Positions 49,363-59,595 of a DNA stretch of 64,000 bases are shown here, one piece after another. The DNA is taken from positions 3,296,001 through 3,360,000 of the forward strand of contig OY776510.1 in assembly GCA_963675665.1 (NCBI GenBank). Direction: 5' to 3'. The notes beneath the pieces are model-generated. The model searched no databases. It was not told the origin of the DNA and worked only from the letters and a program-made list of their open reading frames with translations. The DNA is from Spirochaetia bacterium (GTDB lineage: Bacteria > Spirochaetota > Spirochaetia > UBA9216). The first letter of the stretch is position 1. Each line of letters begins with the position of its first letter. The translations under genes were made by a program, and so were the position numbers.

Positions 49363-50016
49363 ATGATTATTACAGCTTTTGACGGAAGTCCAAGAACAAA
49401 CGGAAACAGTACGATTTTACTAAAAAGATTTATTGAAAATGCGGAAAGAAAAGGTGCAACAGTTAATCTTTTTAAAACCGACAAGATAAACCTTAAGCCC
49501 TGCAGAGGGTGCCTGATGTGTAATGTTATAAAACGCTGCGCTATTAAAAACGATGACTGGGAAAGTCTGTCAAAACTGATTATGGAATCTGATGTGCTGG
49601 CATTTTCAACTCCTGTTTATTTTCATCATGCAACGTCATCAATGAAAAAGCTCCTGGACAGATTCAGGTCGTTCATTCATGTAAAAATAACCGAGGAAGG
49701 GCTTATTCATACTCCACATTCAGAGTGGCAAAAAAAGATATTTCTTTTTACGGCTTTAGGATCATCATCAAAAAAAGATGCTGAACCCTTAATAGATCTT
49801 TTCAGCTTTATGATTGAAGTCCTTGGGAATAAAAACAGGTTTGAATACCTGACAGCAGAAAGACTGGCTGTGTCGGGTCAGATCCTTTTCGGTAAAAGCC
49901 AACTAAAAGATCTGTATGGAAAACTTGATCTTTCTGAAAGTCTGGTTGAGGAAGATTATAAAAGGAACAGAAAATACATAGAAGCTGCCGGTCTGATGGC
50001 GGACAGATTATTCTGA
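49363..50016 (+). CDS. Flavodoxin-fold iron-sulfur flavoprotein / NADPH-dependent FMN reductase family
   Basis: GSPRTNGNS, CxxCxxC(x5)C, STPVYF, LLDR. Confidence 0.85.
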   Translation: MIITAFDGSPRTNGNSTILLKRFIENAERKGATVNLFKTDKINLKPCRGCLMCNVIKRCAIKNDDWESLSKLIMESDVLAFSTPVYFHHATSSMKKLLDRFRSFIHVKITEEGLIHTPHSEWQKKIFLFTALGSSSKKDAEPLIDLFSFMIEVLGNKNRFEYLTAERLAVSGQILFGKSQLKDLYGKLDLSESLVEEDYKRNRKYIEAAGLMADRLF

Positions 50017-50082
50017 ATATAAATTTAAAGGTGTTTGCATTCGACTGAAAAAATGACTAGAATGTAATGGGAATGTAACAGG

Positions 50083-51795
50083 ATGTTGATGAAGGATAAA
50101 AAAATAACAAGTATAGTCATCCCTCTTCTTTTCATCATTTTTCTTTTCTTCATTACAATATTTATAATTATCATACCGTATCTGAAAAGTTCTTTTATTG
50201 AAAACGAGACAAAGCAGATTAAAATGCTGGTTGAATCACAAATACAGATAATGGAATCATTGAATACTGCGGTCGAAAAAAACAAAATTTCACTGACTGA
50301 AGCAAAGGAAAGAGCCATAGAAATAATTTCAGAGCAGCGATACGGTAAAAACCTCGAATTTTACTTCTGGATAATTGACCTGGATCCTGTTCTGATCATG
50401 CATCCCTTTACAAAAAATCTTGTAGGCAAGTATGTAGGCGATTATTATGATGAGAACGGCAATAACCTGTTCCAGGAAATGGTAGATATTGTTAAGACTT
50501 CAGGTGAAGGTTACCTGGAATATTTATGGCAGTTACCGTACGATGAAAATAAGGTAATTGAAAAAAAATCTTTCGTAAAATTATATGAACCATGGGGATG
50601 GATTATAGGGACAGGTTTTTATATTAATAACCTGTCTGCAGAGATAAACAGCCTGTTTACAGTAATTACAATATTGTCTGTTGTTGTACTTGTCATGATA
50701 ATAGTGCTTTCCTGGGCTATATTCCTGCAGCGATTGGTATTAAACCGGCAGAATTTATATTATGCAAAAAACTTCGTTGAAAGCGAAAAACGCTATAAAA
50801 AACTGATTACAAGTATGAACGAGGGTTTTGTTCTGTCGGATACGGATTTCAGAATACAGGTTGTAAATAAAAAACTTCTTGAAATGATCGGCAAACCTGA
50901 AAATGAAGTGATTGGCGAGTATTTCAGAAAATTTGTGCACAAAGAATGGCTGCAGGAATATGATGAAAACATAGAAAACCGAAAACAGGGCGGAAACGAG
51001 AAATATGAGATTGCATTAAAAGGCTCGGAAGGAAAGGCTATTCTTGCAATAGTCAGTCCGCGGGGGATGTTTGATGAAAATAATAATTTTATGGGCAGTT
51101 ATGCTGTTATAACCGACGTAAGCAGATTGAAAAAAGTTCAGCTTGAGCTTGAAACTACGTTAGAGGAAAGGGAAGCGTTAATTAAGGAAATACATCATCG
51201 TGTAAAAAATAACCTTCAGATAATCATAAGTATTTTCAATCTGCAGAAGATTAAGCATGTAAATAAAGAGTTTAATGATTTCCTGATTGAATCGGAAACC
51301 AGGATTTTCTCAATGGCGCTGGTTCATGAAATATTATACGAATCACCCAAGCTCGATTCCATAAGTTTTGACCGGTATCTGGAGAAACTGATAGATAACA
51401 TAAGGATGGAATTCCTGGCTGAGAAAATTGATCTTGTTTATGAATGTGACGGTTATGAAACTGTAATGTCCCTGGAGAAAGCAACCGCCGCAGGAATAAT
51501 AATTACCGAGCTGTTAATGAAATATTATCATTTTTTTAAAAACGGGAATTTTGAGATTTTGGAATCACTTAAAGTTAAAATGGCGGTAATTGAAGAAACA
51601 TACAGAATAAGTTTCAACGGAGAATACAGGTGCGGATTAAAGAAAAAAGAAACCCTTGACTGTTATTTTGAAATGAACCTGATTGTAATTCTGTTGGAGC
51701 AGTTGCAGGGAAGAATAGATATTATGGATGATGAGGAAGACTCTTCTTCCGGTCTCGGATTTATTATTGAGATTCCTGTAGACAGAACTTTTTAA
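50083..51795 (+). CDS. sCache-PAS sensor histidine kinase (HisKA_2) with degenerate ATPase domain
   Basis: TM-sCache_2 (YFWIID..MHP..WGWIIGTG)-TM, then PAS, then the H-box EIHHRVKNNLQ. N and G1 boxes not recognisable. Confidence 0.8.
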   Translation: MLMKDKKITSIVIPLLFIIFLFFITIFIIIIPYLKSSFIENETKQIKMLVESQIQIMESLNTAVEKNKISLTEAKERAIEIISEQRYGKNLEFYFWIIDLDPVLIMHPFTKNLVGKYVGDYYDENGNNLFQEMVDIVKTSGEGYLEYLWQLPYDENKVIEKKSFVKLYEPWGWIIGTGFYINNLSAEINSLFTVITILSVVVLVMIIVLSWAIFLQRLVLNRQNLYYAKNFVESEKRYKKLITSMNEGFVLSDTDFRIQVVNKKLLEMIGKPENEVIGEYFRKFVHKEWLQEYDENIENRKQGGNEKYEIALKGSEGKAILAIVSPRGMFDENNNFMGSYAVITDVSRLKKVQLELETTLEEREALIKEIHHRVKNNLQIIISIFNLQKIKHVNKEFNDFLIESETRIFSMALVHEILYESPKLDSISFDRYLEKLIDNIRMEFLAEKIDLVYECDGYETVMSLEKATAAGIIITELLMKYYHFFKNGNFEILESLKVKMAVIEETYRISFNGEYRCGLKKKETLDCYFEMNLIVILLEQLQGRIDIMDDEEDSSSGLGFIIEIPVDRTF

Positions 51796-51860
51796 ACGAA
51801 ACGGAAAAAAACTTCTCCTTTTAGATAAATACAGGTTAAAATACTCGCTGGAGGGTATTT

Positions 51861-54068
51861 ATGTATAATATTGAAGAATCGCTTGATCAGCAGATTCATG
51901 AATTGAACAGCTTGCGTCCGACTGTTGTTTTTACCGAAGCATCAGATCCGCGTCAGCTTGAGGCTCTTTGTTTTCTTACCAGATTCATTAAGCCGGTTCT
52001 TTTAGTTTCAGAAATTGAGGTAAGAAAAGTATTTAATGAAAAACTGGGGCATATTGCAGAAAGCCGAATAAATTATTCATTATCACAGACTGCATTTATT
52101 GAAATTGATAAAAGAAAAGATCTCCTGAATGAATTTATTCGGGAATATGTTCTTTTTAACAATCAATCAGGAAAAAAGGTATCGGAAGATGAAGCAGCTG
52201 CGATTGTCAGCGACCCGTGTATTTTCGGCATATTTGCTGTAAAACTGGGACATGCCGATATAGTAGTCGGCGGCAGTACACATGAACCGGTAACATATTT
52301 CAGGCCGATGCTCAGATATCTGAAAAAGAAAAATGTACAGAGCGAAACCGGGGTTTTTGTGTTGCCTGATGATCATACAGAGAATATTCATTCAAAAAAT
52401 ATCATAGTTTTTGGCGATGTAGGGGTAAACGGGACAATTACGCCTGAAATGCTTGCACATATTGCGGTAGATACCTGCACAATTGCAAGGAATATTATTC
52501 CGGAAAATGTTCTTCCGAAAATCAGAGGGGCAATAGTTTCATATTCAAACCACGGTTCGGATGAAGGTCCGTCACCGGAACTTGTAAAAAAAGCCTCGGA
52601 ACTTGTTCCGGCTCTGCTGGAAGAATATTGTGAGCTTGATAAACGGTATGAAACGATTTATATAGAAGGCGAAGTCAAGGCAAATGTAGCTCTGTCGCAC
52701 CGTTCAGCATTATATTACAGCCGAAGCAATTCTGACGACTGGACAGGGCCGACAAATGTAATTATCTGTCCAAATCTTGAGGTCGGGAATTTACTCTATC
52801 ATTTATATGCAACAAGATTCCCGGAGGCAAAGAAATTCAGCATTATTTCAGGCATAGGTTTTTCTGCTGTAGATCTAGCAAAAGACTGTTCATCAGAAGA
52901 TATAAGACTTTGTCTGAAAGCCACGATACTTAACCTGCTTCAGAAAGAAAACTGGAACCATACCCAAAAAGATACATTTTTTCGCCGGTACAGAGTGCTG
53001 GCAATAAATCCGGGTTCAACATCTACCAAGGTATGTGTTTTTGAGGGGGGTAGTAAAACTCACTGTAACGAGCTGCAGCATTCAGTTGAAGATCTTGCTC
53101 CTTTTGAGAATCGTCCTGTAACAGATCAGTATGAATACAGGAAAAAGATGATATTGAATTTTCTGGAAGATAATAATCTTACAATCAATGATCTTGATGC
53201 AGTATCCGCAAGGGGCGGGCTGATTTATCCGATAAAGCACGGCACTTACAATGTAAATGAAAGGATGCTCTCGGATCTTGAAAATGCCGTCGGAGGTGAA
53301 CATGCATCAAACCTGGGCGGGATTATTGCTTCGGAACTTGTGAAGGGGACTGAAAAAAAGGCTTTTATTGTCGATCCGGTAGTTGTTGATGAAGTAGAAG
53401 AAAAAGTAAAAATTACCGGGGTTAAGGAAATAAAAAGACAGGTAATAAGCCATGCGCTGAACCAGATTGCTTCAGCAAGACGTTATGCCGATGAAAATGA
53501 AACATTTTATGAAAATATAAATGTGATTGTAGCGCATATGGGCGGCGGAATATCCGTTGGAGCACATCATAAAGGCAGATATGCAGATGTAAATAACGCA
53601 TTAAACGGTGAAGGTCCATTTTCGCCGCAACGTTCAGGCTCATTGCCGGTCGGACAACTGATAGAGCTTTGTTTTTCAGGAAAGTATAAAAAGGATGAAT
53701 TAAAACAGTTAAATAAAGGAAAGGGCGGCCTTATAGATCTTTTGGGCACCAATGATCTGCGGGATGTGGAAAGAAGAATTCAGGAAGGTGATCAGGAAGC
53801 GTTATTGGTTTTTGAAGCTCTTGTTTATCAGATATCAAAAGAGATAACGTCGCTTATTCCCGCCTTTAAAGGAGAAAAGGTAGACCGGGTTATTCTTACC
53901 GGAGGAATGGCGCGTTCCGAAAGGCTTGTAACCGGTATTTCCGCTTCAGTTAAGCTGCTGGAATGCGGAGTTACCGTGTATAAGGGTGAGAACGAAATGG
54001 AGGCTCTCGCAGAGGGTGTAATAAGAGTTCTTCAGGGAAGGGAAAAGGCTCTTGTGTATAATCCATGA
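51861..54068 (+). CDS. buk: Fusion of a Pta/Ptb-like domain and butyrate kinase
   Basis: N-terminal PTA_PTB-like motifs (VVFTE..DPR, FGDVGVN, PNLEVGN). C-terminal INPGSTSTK, RGG, HASNLG, DPVVVDE, HALNQ, HMGGGIS, LTGG, ENEM. Confidence 0.88.
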   Translation: MYNIEESLDQQIHELNSLRPTVVFTEASDPRQLEALCFLTRFIKPVLLVSEIEVRKVFNEKLGHIAESRINYSLSQTAFIEIDKRKDLLNEFIREYVLFNNQSGKKVSEDEAAAIVSDPCIFGIFAVKLGHADIVVGGSTHEPVTYFRPMLRYLKKKNVQSETGVFVLPDDHTENIHSKNIIVFGDVGVNGTITPEMLAHIAVDTCTIARNIIPENVLPKIRGAIVSYSNHGSDEGPSPELVKKASELVPALLEEYCELDKRYETIYIEGEVKANVALSHRSALYYSRSNSDDWTGPTNVIICPNLEVGNLLYHLYATRFPEAKKFSIISGIGFSAVDLAKDCSSEDIRLCLKATILNLLQKENWNHTQKDTFFRRYRVLAINPGSTSTKVCVFEGGSKTHCNELQHSVEDLAPFENRPVTDQYEYRKKMILNFLEDNNLTINDLDAVSARGGLIYPIKHGTYNVNERMLSDLENAVGGEHASNLGGIIASELVKGTEKKAFIVDPVVVDEVEEKVKITGVKEIKRQVISHALNQIASARRYADENETFYENINVIVAHMGGGISVGAHHKGRYADVNNALNGEGPFSPQRSGSLPVGQLIELCFSGKYKKDELKQLNKGKGGLIDLLGTNDLRDVERRIQEGDQEALLVFEALVYQISKEITSLIPAFKGEKVDRVILTGGMARSERLVTGISASVKLLECGVTVYKGENEMEALAEGVIRVLQGREKALVYNP

Positions 54069-54070
54069 GA

Positions 54071-54925
54071 TCAGCTTTTTTTATTAAGAAGGTTGTCCAG
54101 AGCCGTATGAGTTTTATTCAGAGAGGTAGAAATTGAATTGGTATCCTTAAGGAGTGTGAAAACTTCTTCAAGAGAACGCAGCCCCTCCGTGATGGCTTCA
54201 GTCTGCTCGCTTATACCCATTTTGATTTCAGCAAGCAAATATCCGGACGACTCAAGGCTTCCGTTGTTTTCATTAAATGTCCGGCTTGTCTCAACAAGGT
54301 CTTTCTGGAAATTGTTCAGCAACAGCATAAGGTTGTTGAAACTTGACTGTACCTGATCAAGACCTGAACTGAAGTTATTAATAGTCCCGTCGATAGTTGT
54401 TGCAAATTCCTGGGTCTGCTGAGACAGATTTCTGATTTCTTTTGCAATTATATGAAAACCCTTGCCCGCGTTGCCTGCCCTGGCTGCTTCAATAGAAGCA
54501 TTGATTGCCAGAATATTCGTCTGCTGTGCCACGTCATCGATTTCACGGGTCATTTCCTTAACCCGGTTTGATTGTTCGTCAAGAGAAGAAAAAAGCTTGT
54601 GAATCTTTTTTGATTCTTCTGCAGCTGTGGATATTTCATTAACATTTACCTGCATGGCGTTGTTGATTTTTGATGTTGAATCGATAATGTTATTCATGCT
54701 TGAATATATACTTTCGGCATTTTGCGATGTGCTTTCTGAAGTTGCTCTTATTTCTTCAAAGCTTGTTACGATCATCTCAAGTGAATTATGGATGTTCATT
54801 ATTTTGCGCCCGATGATACTCATTGCGCTGTTTGTAATTCTGGAGAGAACTACGCTTTTATTGTAGCCGATAGTAAGAGTCGAAATTGTTTTTCGGAAAA
54901 AATCAAAGATTATATTATTATTCAT
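54071..54925 (-). CDS. Soluble methyl-accepting chemotaxis protein
   Basis: Signalling hairpin [23 protein letters not shown]. Start reset to ATG 54925 (8-bp overlap with the ODP gene), which leaves no transmembrane segment. Confidence 0.85.
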   Translation of the reverse strand: MNNNIIFDFFRKTISTLTIGYNKSVVLSRITNSAMSIIGRKIMNIHNSLEMIVTSFEEIRATSESTSQNAESIYSSMNNIIDSTSKINNAMQVNVNEISTAAEESKKIHKLFSSLDEQSNRVKEMTREIDDVAQQTNILAINASIEAARAGNAGKGFHIIAKEIRNLSQQTQEFATTIDGTINNFSSGLDQVQSSFNNLMLLLNNFQKDLVETSRTFNENNGSLESSGYLLAEIKMGISEQTEAITEGLRSLEEVFTLLKDTNSISTSLNKTHTALDNLLNKKS

Positions 54926-55691
54926 AGATCTGATCCAGAATATCGATGCCGCACTTAAGAGAAGAAAACCAGTCAAGAAACCTGCCGGTATTTTTATCCC
55001 TGAAAAGTGCTCCATGCTGTGGTGCAATCAGCTTTATTTCAAGATCATTAATTTTTGATATCCATTTTTTTATGGCCGTATTGGAGGTCATGTAACGTTT
55101 ATGAAAATCCTCCATAAGTTTTATATGTTCATCAAAATTCTCAACAAAAAGATACTGGCCCCTGGCCGGAAATACGGCGGCGCCGATATCGGCAGTAAAA
55201 AGAACACAGGAAACCGGATCATAAAAAGTAAAAGATCCGCAGGAATGAAGAAAATGTGCAGGTATAATTTTCAGAACGGAATCAGCGGATAGTTGAAGCT
55301 TGCCGTTGAGGCTTTCTATCGGAACAATACGGCTGTTGTCTACTATGCCGAAATGCGGGATAAAACGTATCCAGAGTTCAGAAATATAGACTTTTGCGTT
55401 CGTAACTCCCAGCCATAAGGCTATACCGCTTGAAACATCGGGATCCTGATGTGAAAAAAAGATATTATCTATTCTGTCAAGTTCAATAAAACGGCTTACA
55501 AGGGCAACGACCCTGGAAAAAAGGTGAATGCCGCCCGGGTCAACAAGTGTTCCGCGTCCGTTGCTAATAATAAGGTATTGATTGGTCTGCACAACTCCCT
55601 GTTCTTCAAGTTCATCTGCCCCAAGCCATATAAACTGATGTTTATCCGATTGAAAAAGTACTTTGCCATTAATATCACTGCTATCTATCAT
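54918..55691 (-). CDS. Oxygen-binding di-iron protein (ODP), MBL fold
   Basis: NQYLI, DPGG, SHQDPD, PAHFLHS, ADIG, PQHG. Coupled to a soluble MCP. Confidence 0.85.
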   Translation of the reverse strand: MIDSSDINGKVLFQSDKHQFIWLGADELEEQGVVQTNQYLIISNGRGTLVDPGGIHLFSRVVALVSRFIELDRIDNIFFSHQDPDVSSGIALWLGVTNAKVYISELWIRFIPHFGIVDNSRIVPIESLNGKLQLSADSVLKIIPAHFLHSCGSFTFYDPVSCVLFTADIGAAVFPARGQYLFVENFDEHIKLMEDFHKRYMTSNTAIKKWISKINDLEIKLIAPQHGALFRDKNTGRFLDWFSSLKCGIDILDQIYE

Positions 55692-55730
55692 TATTAATTT
55701 ATAACCGATTTTATAAAGATAATCAAATTT

Positions 55731-55760
55731 AAAAATAACCGTCCGGGTTGCGGACGGTTA
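55731..55760 (-). terminator. Intrinsic terminator of the hydrogenase operon
   Basis: TAACCGTCCG-5nt-CGGACGGTTA followed by TTTTT on the minus strand. Confidence 0.8.
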
Positions 55761-55772
55761 ATAATTTAAATA

Positions 55773-57581
55773 TCAGATAACATTTTCGGCTGTTATTTCT
55801 TCCCATATTTCCTTGATGGAATGTTTTACTTTACGTTTTTTATCTGAATAGCTCGTATGAAGAAGCCTGTGCGATTTATGCGACAGCGGGGACCCGAAAT
55901 ATTCTTCATAAATCTTTTTAATCATCGGGTTGTTGTGCGACTGGCGAACCGGCAGGCTTTTATCAATGGTGTAAAGACCTTCCTGTCTGACTTTTTTATT
56001 AAACTGATATTCGCCCTTGATTCTTGGTTGTCCGCCGCCTGAAATGCATCCACCGGGACACGCCATAACTTCAATAAAGAGATATTCATCGGCTTTGCCC
56101 GCTTTGATTTTTTCAACAATTTCACGTGCAGCCTTCAGTCCTGTTGCAATACCAACTTTGACCTTGCCGTAGTCGCCGCCGAGATCAATTTCTGCTTCAC
56201 GGAAATTTTCGAGCCCGCGAACGGCTTTAATATCAACTTTATCAAGCTCTTTACCGTTTACTATTGCGTAGACGGTTCGAAGGGCAGCTTCCATAACGCC
56301 GCCGGACGCTCCGAAGATAACGGCAGCACCGGTATAATCTCCCATCCAGGGATTGTCGTATTCCGAGTCCGGCAGGTTAGCCAGCCAAACGCCTTCACGT
56401 TTGAGGAGCCTGGAGAACTCACGTGTTGTAAGCACAACATCTACATCCGGTTTGCCGTTCTGAGTCATTTCAGGGCGCTTGGCTTCTTCCTTTTTTGCAG
56501 TGCAGGGCATTACGGAAATAACTCGCATTTTCTTTGGATTTATTCCCATCTTTTCTGCAAGAAATGTTTTTGCTACTGCACCGAACATCTGCTGTGGAGA
56601 TTTTGCGGTTGAAATATGAGGAAGAATTTCGGGATAATTTTTTTCAACAAAATTTATCCAGCCTGGAGAGCATGAAGTCATAAGCGGCAGAGTTCCTCCG
56701 TTTTTGATACGATCAAGCAATTCGCTTCCTTCTTCCATAATAGTCAAATCCGCTGTGAAGTTGGTATCAAGCACAATGTCGCCGCCGATTTGTTTGATGG
56801 CTGAGATGATTTTCCCTTCAACAGTTTTGCCGGTAGGCATATGAAATTCTTCGCCGAGGGCTATACGAACGGCAGGCGCAACCTGGAAAACAGTCGTTAT
56901 TTCAGGATCATACAGATAATCGACAACTTCTTCCGTATCGTCGCGAGCAGCGAGCGCGCCTACAGGGCAGACAAGGGTACACTGCCCGCAACTTACGCAG
57001 TTGGAACTTCCCAGGGCAAGACTGTCCTTGATACCGATTTCAGTTGTCAGGCCTTTTTCGGTAAAAACAAGAACGTCTGTTTTCTGAACTTCACGGCATA
57101 CTTCAACACACCTCAGGCACCTGATGCATTTACTCATATCACGCGTAATTGCCGGGGAAGATATTTCCTTTGTCCGGTGACGGTAAAAATGGGGATAATG
57201 GTAATGAGTCTGCTCAAGACCAACAAACTGGGCAACATCCTGAAGTTCACAATCACCGTGTCTGATACAGGACGCACAGTCTTGTTCGTGATCGGCCAGG
57301 AGTAATTCTACCTGCAGTCTCTGACGTTCCCTGACCCGTTTGGTCCTGGTAAGCACTTCCATGCCTTCTTCCATTGGAGTATCACAGCTGGTTACTATCT
57401 GGTGGTCGGTAATGCCTTTTCGTTTAATATCGACAAGACACACCCTGCAGGTTCCCGGAGTATGATTCAGGCATGTCAGTGCGCAGAGCGTCGGAATAAA
57501 ATGTCCGTATTTTTTTGCTGTTTCAAGAATTGTATCGTTATCCCTGAACTCAACTTCTTTTCCGTTTATATATCCTTTCAT
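55773..57581 (-). CDS. [FeFe]-hydrogenase catalytic subunit, group A (M3 architecture)
   Basis: N-terminal 2Fe-2S, His-ligated 4Fe-4S (HEQDCASC) and two further 4Fe-4S. H-cluster motifs TSCSPGW, MPCTAKKEE, EVMACPGGCISGGGQP. Confidence 0.95.
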   Translation of the reverse strand: MKGYINGKEVEFRDNDTILETAKKYGHFIPTLCALTCLNHTPGTCRVCLVDIKRKGITDHQIVTSCDTPMEEGMEVLTRTKRVRERQRLQVELLLADHEQDCASCIRHGDCELQDVAQFVGLEQTHYHYPHFYRHRTKEISSPAITRDMSKCIRCLRCVEVCREVQKTDVLVFTEKGLTTEIGIKDSLALGSSNCVSCGQCTLVCPVGALAARDDTEEVVDYLYDPEITTVFQVAPAVRIALGEEFHMPTGKTVEGKIISAIKQIGGDIVLDTNFTADLTIMEEGSELLDRIKNGGTLPLMTSCSPGWINFVEKNYPEILPHISTAKSPQQMFGAVAKTFLAEKMGINPKKMRVISVMPCTAKKEEAKRPEMTQNGKPDVDVVLTTREFSRLLKREGVWLANLPDSEYDNPWMGDYTGAAVIFGASGGVMEAALRTVYAIVNGKELDKVDIKAVRGLENFREAEIDLGGDYGKVKVGIATGLKAAREIVEKIKAGKADEYLFIEVMACPGGCISGGGQPRIKGEYQFNKKVRQEGLYTIDKSLPVRQSHNNPMIKKIYEEYFGSPLSHKSHRLLHTSYSDKKRKVKHSIKEIWEEITAENVI

Positions 57582-57604
57582 CGTTATTTCCTTTTAAACT
57601 CCTG

Positions 57605-59587
57605 TTATTTCTCGGTAATTGCAAGTGAAACCCTGTAGCACCTGAGACAGCGGTTTGCTTCTTCGTAGGCCTGTTCAACCGTGATGTTCTTTTCAACCTC
57701 TTCAAAAAGTTTTTTTCTCACTTCAGGATCAATTTCATCGGCGATAATTCTTTTTGTGGCGCGAACGGGAACAGCGAGATAATCGGTATCGTTCTTCTGA
57801 ATATCCTTGATCAACTCGCTCATCCTGTCTGACGGATCAAACAGAACACGACCGTAGGAAAGATAATCATCAATCGATTTTGCCGCCTTCATTCCAAGCG
57901 TCATTGCTTCGATAAGTGTTTTTGGCCCTGTAGTACAATCTCCACCGGCAAATACGCCTTTGGAGGAAGTCTCGAGAGTCTTGGGGTTAGTATCAATAAG
58001 TCCCCATTTATCAATCTCTATATCATCATTTTTGGAAAGGAACGACAGATCAACCTTCTGACCGATTGCGGGAACAATAAAATCGCATTCCATTTCAAAT
58101 TCGGAGTTGTCTACAGGGGTGACACCGCGGCGTCCGCTAGCATCAGGAGAGCCGAGTTTCATTTTGATAAGTTTGATTCCGGTAACCTGGTTGTTTTCAG
58201 ATAAAATCTGTACAGGATGAGTAAGAAAGTGAAAGATAACTCCTTCCTTTTCGGCTGCTTCAATTTCTTCATGATCAGCAGGCATTTCTTCTCTGGTTCT
58301 TCTGTAGATTAGATGAACTTCTTCCGCACCCATTCGCAGGGATGATCTGGCGCAATCCATTGCAACGTTTCCGCCGCCGACAACAACCATTTTTCTGCGA
58401 AGATCAACATCCAGTCCTATGTTCAGGTAATAATGATTTATATACAGCAGGAAATTGATTCCCGATTTATAACCCTTCATAGATCGTTGTTCTCCGGGGA
58501 TTCCAATCATCTTTCCGGCGCCGGCGCCTATTCCCAGGAAGAAAGCCTTGTATCCACGTTTTTTAAGTTCGTTAAGGGTGAAATCTGTTCCCATTCGCTG
58601 GTTATAATAAATTTTCGCTCCCAGGGTCTCGATTATTCCTATTTCCTTTTGAAGTACGTCAGAAGGAAGACGATAATTGGGAATTCCAACAGCAGCCATT
58701 CCTCCGGGGCCGGAATGTGCTTCAAAAACATCAACCGTGTATCCTTTTAGAAGCAGGTGGTATGCCGCGTTTATACCTGCGGGGCCTGTTCCGATAATTG
58801 CTACCTTAAGATCTTCTGGTTTTTTATCTGCAATAAGATCCTGATCAAACCATTTATCGGCAATATACTTTTCCCTTTCTGCAACAAACCGTTTAAGAAG
58901 CTTGATGCCGACCGGTTCATCAACCATATTTCTCCGACAGGCGAATTCACAGAAACGGACGCAAACACGACCGCAGGTTTCAGCCATAGGATATTTTTGA
59001 AGAATTACACTTACTGAGTGGGTCAGCTTTCCGTCTTTTATATAATCAATGTAACGGGGGACTTCAACTTTGGCAGGACATGCCTCAATACAGGGCGCAG
59101 TTACATAGGAAAAACCAGGCTGGTTTTTATAATTATCAAGATCCCTGATTTCAGCTTCAAGTTCATGTCTGAAAAAAGTTATCATTTTCTGAAGCGCCAC
59201 CGTTGCAGTCTGCCCCAAACCGCATAGTGAAGTTGTCTGGATATGCTCAGCAAGAAGTTCAAGTTCATCAAGAGCTTCAACACCTGCATCTCCGTTGATG
59301 ATATCGTCAATTTTCTGTTTTATGATATTTGTGCCGACCCTGCAGGGTGTACATGCTCCGCATGATTCTCGTGCAGCCCTGTCAATATACTGCCTTGCTG
59401 CATCCAGAAGGCTTACTCCCTCATTAAAGATAAAAAAACCTTTCCATCCAAAAAATGCTTTTACCGGGTTGCCGGGATTAAATTCATCGAAGTTTTCAAA
59501 CCTTGGACTGTCTTCTATCTCAAATAAACGTTTTCCCCTGTTGTCTATTACTTCGTCGTCCCAAACACCGAATACTACCTTACTCAT
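57605..59587 (-). CDS. NuoF-type 4Fe-4S domain fused to GltD/NfnB-like FAD-NAD(P)H oxidoreductase (hydrogenase partner)
   Basis: ESCGACTPCRVG...SLCGLG, APCIEACP, CGRVC...CRR, GTGPAG, GGGNVAMD, YRR, RCLRC. Confidence 0.88.
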   Translation of the reverse strand: MSKVVFGVWDDEVIDNRGKRLFEIEDSPRFENFDEFNPGNPVKAFFGWKGFFIFNEGVSLLDAARQYIDRAARESCGACTPCRVGTNIIKQKIDDIINGDAGVEALDELELLAEHIQTTSLCGLGQTATVALQKMITFFRHELEAEIRDLDNYKNQPGFSYVTAPCIEACPAKVEVPRYIDYIKDGKLTHSVSVILQKYPMAETCGRVCVRFCEFACRRNMVDEPVGIKLLKRFVAEREKYIADKWFDQDLIADKKPEDLKVAIIGTGPAGINAAYHLLLKGYTVDVFEAHSGPGGMAAVGIPNYRLPSDVLQKEIGIIETLGAKIYYNQRMGTDFTLNELKKRGYKAFFLGIGAGAGKMIGIPGEQRSMKGYKSGINFLLYINHYYLNIGLDVDLRRKMVVVGGGNVAMDCARSSLRMGAEEVHLIYRRTREEMPADHEEIEAAEKEGVIFHFLTHPVQILSENNQVTGIKLIKMKLGSPDASGRRGVTPVDNSEFEMECDFIVPAIGQKVDLSFLSKNDDIEIDKWGLIDTNPKTLETSSKGVFAGGDCTTGPKTLIEAMTLGMKAAKSIDDYLSYGRVLFDPSDRMSELIKDIQKNDTDYLAVPVRATKRIIADEIDPEVRKKLFEEVEKNITVEQAYEEANRCLRCYRVSLAITEK

Positions 59588-59595
59588 GCTATCTC

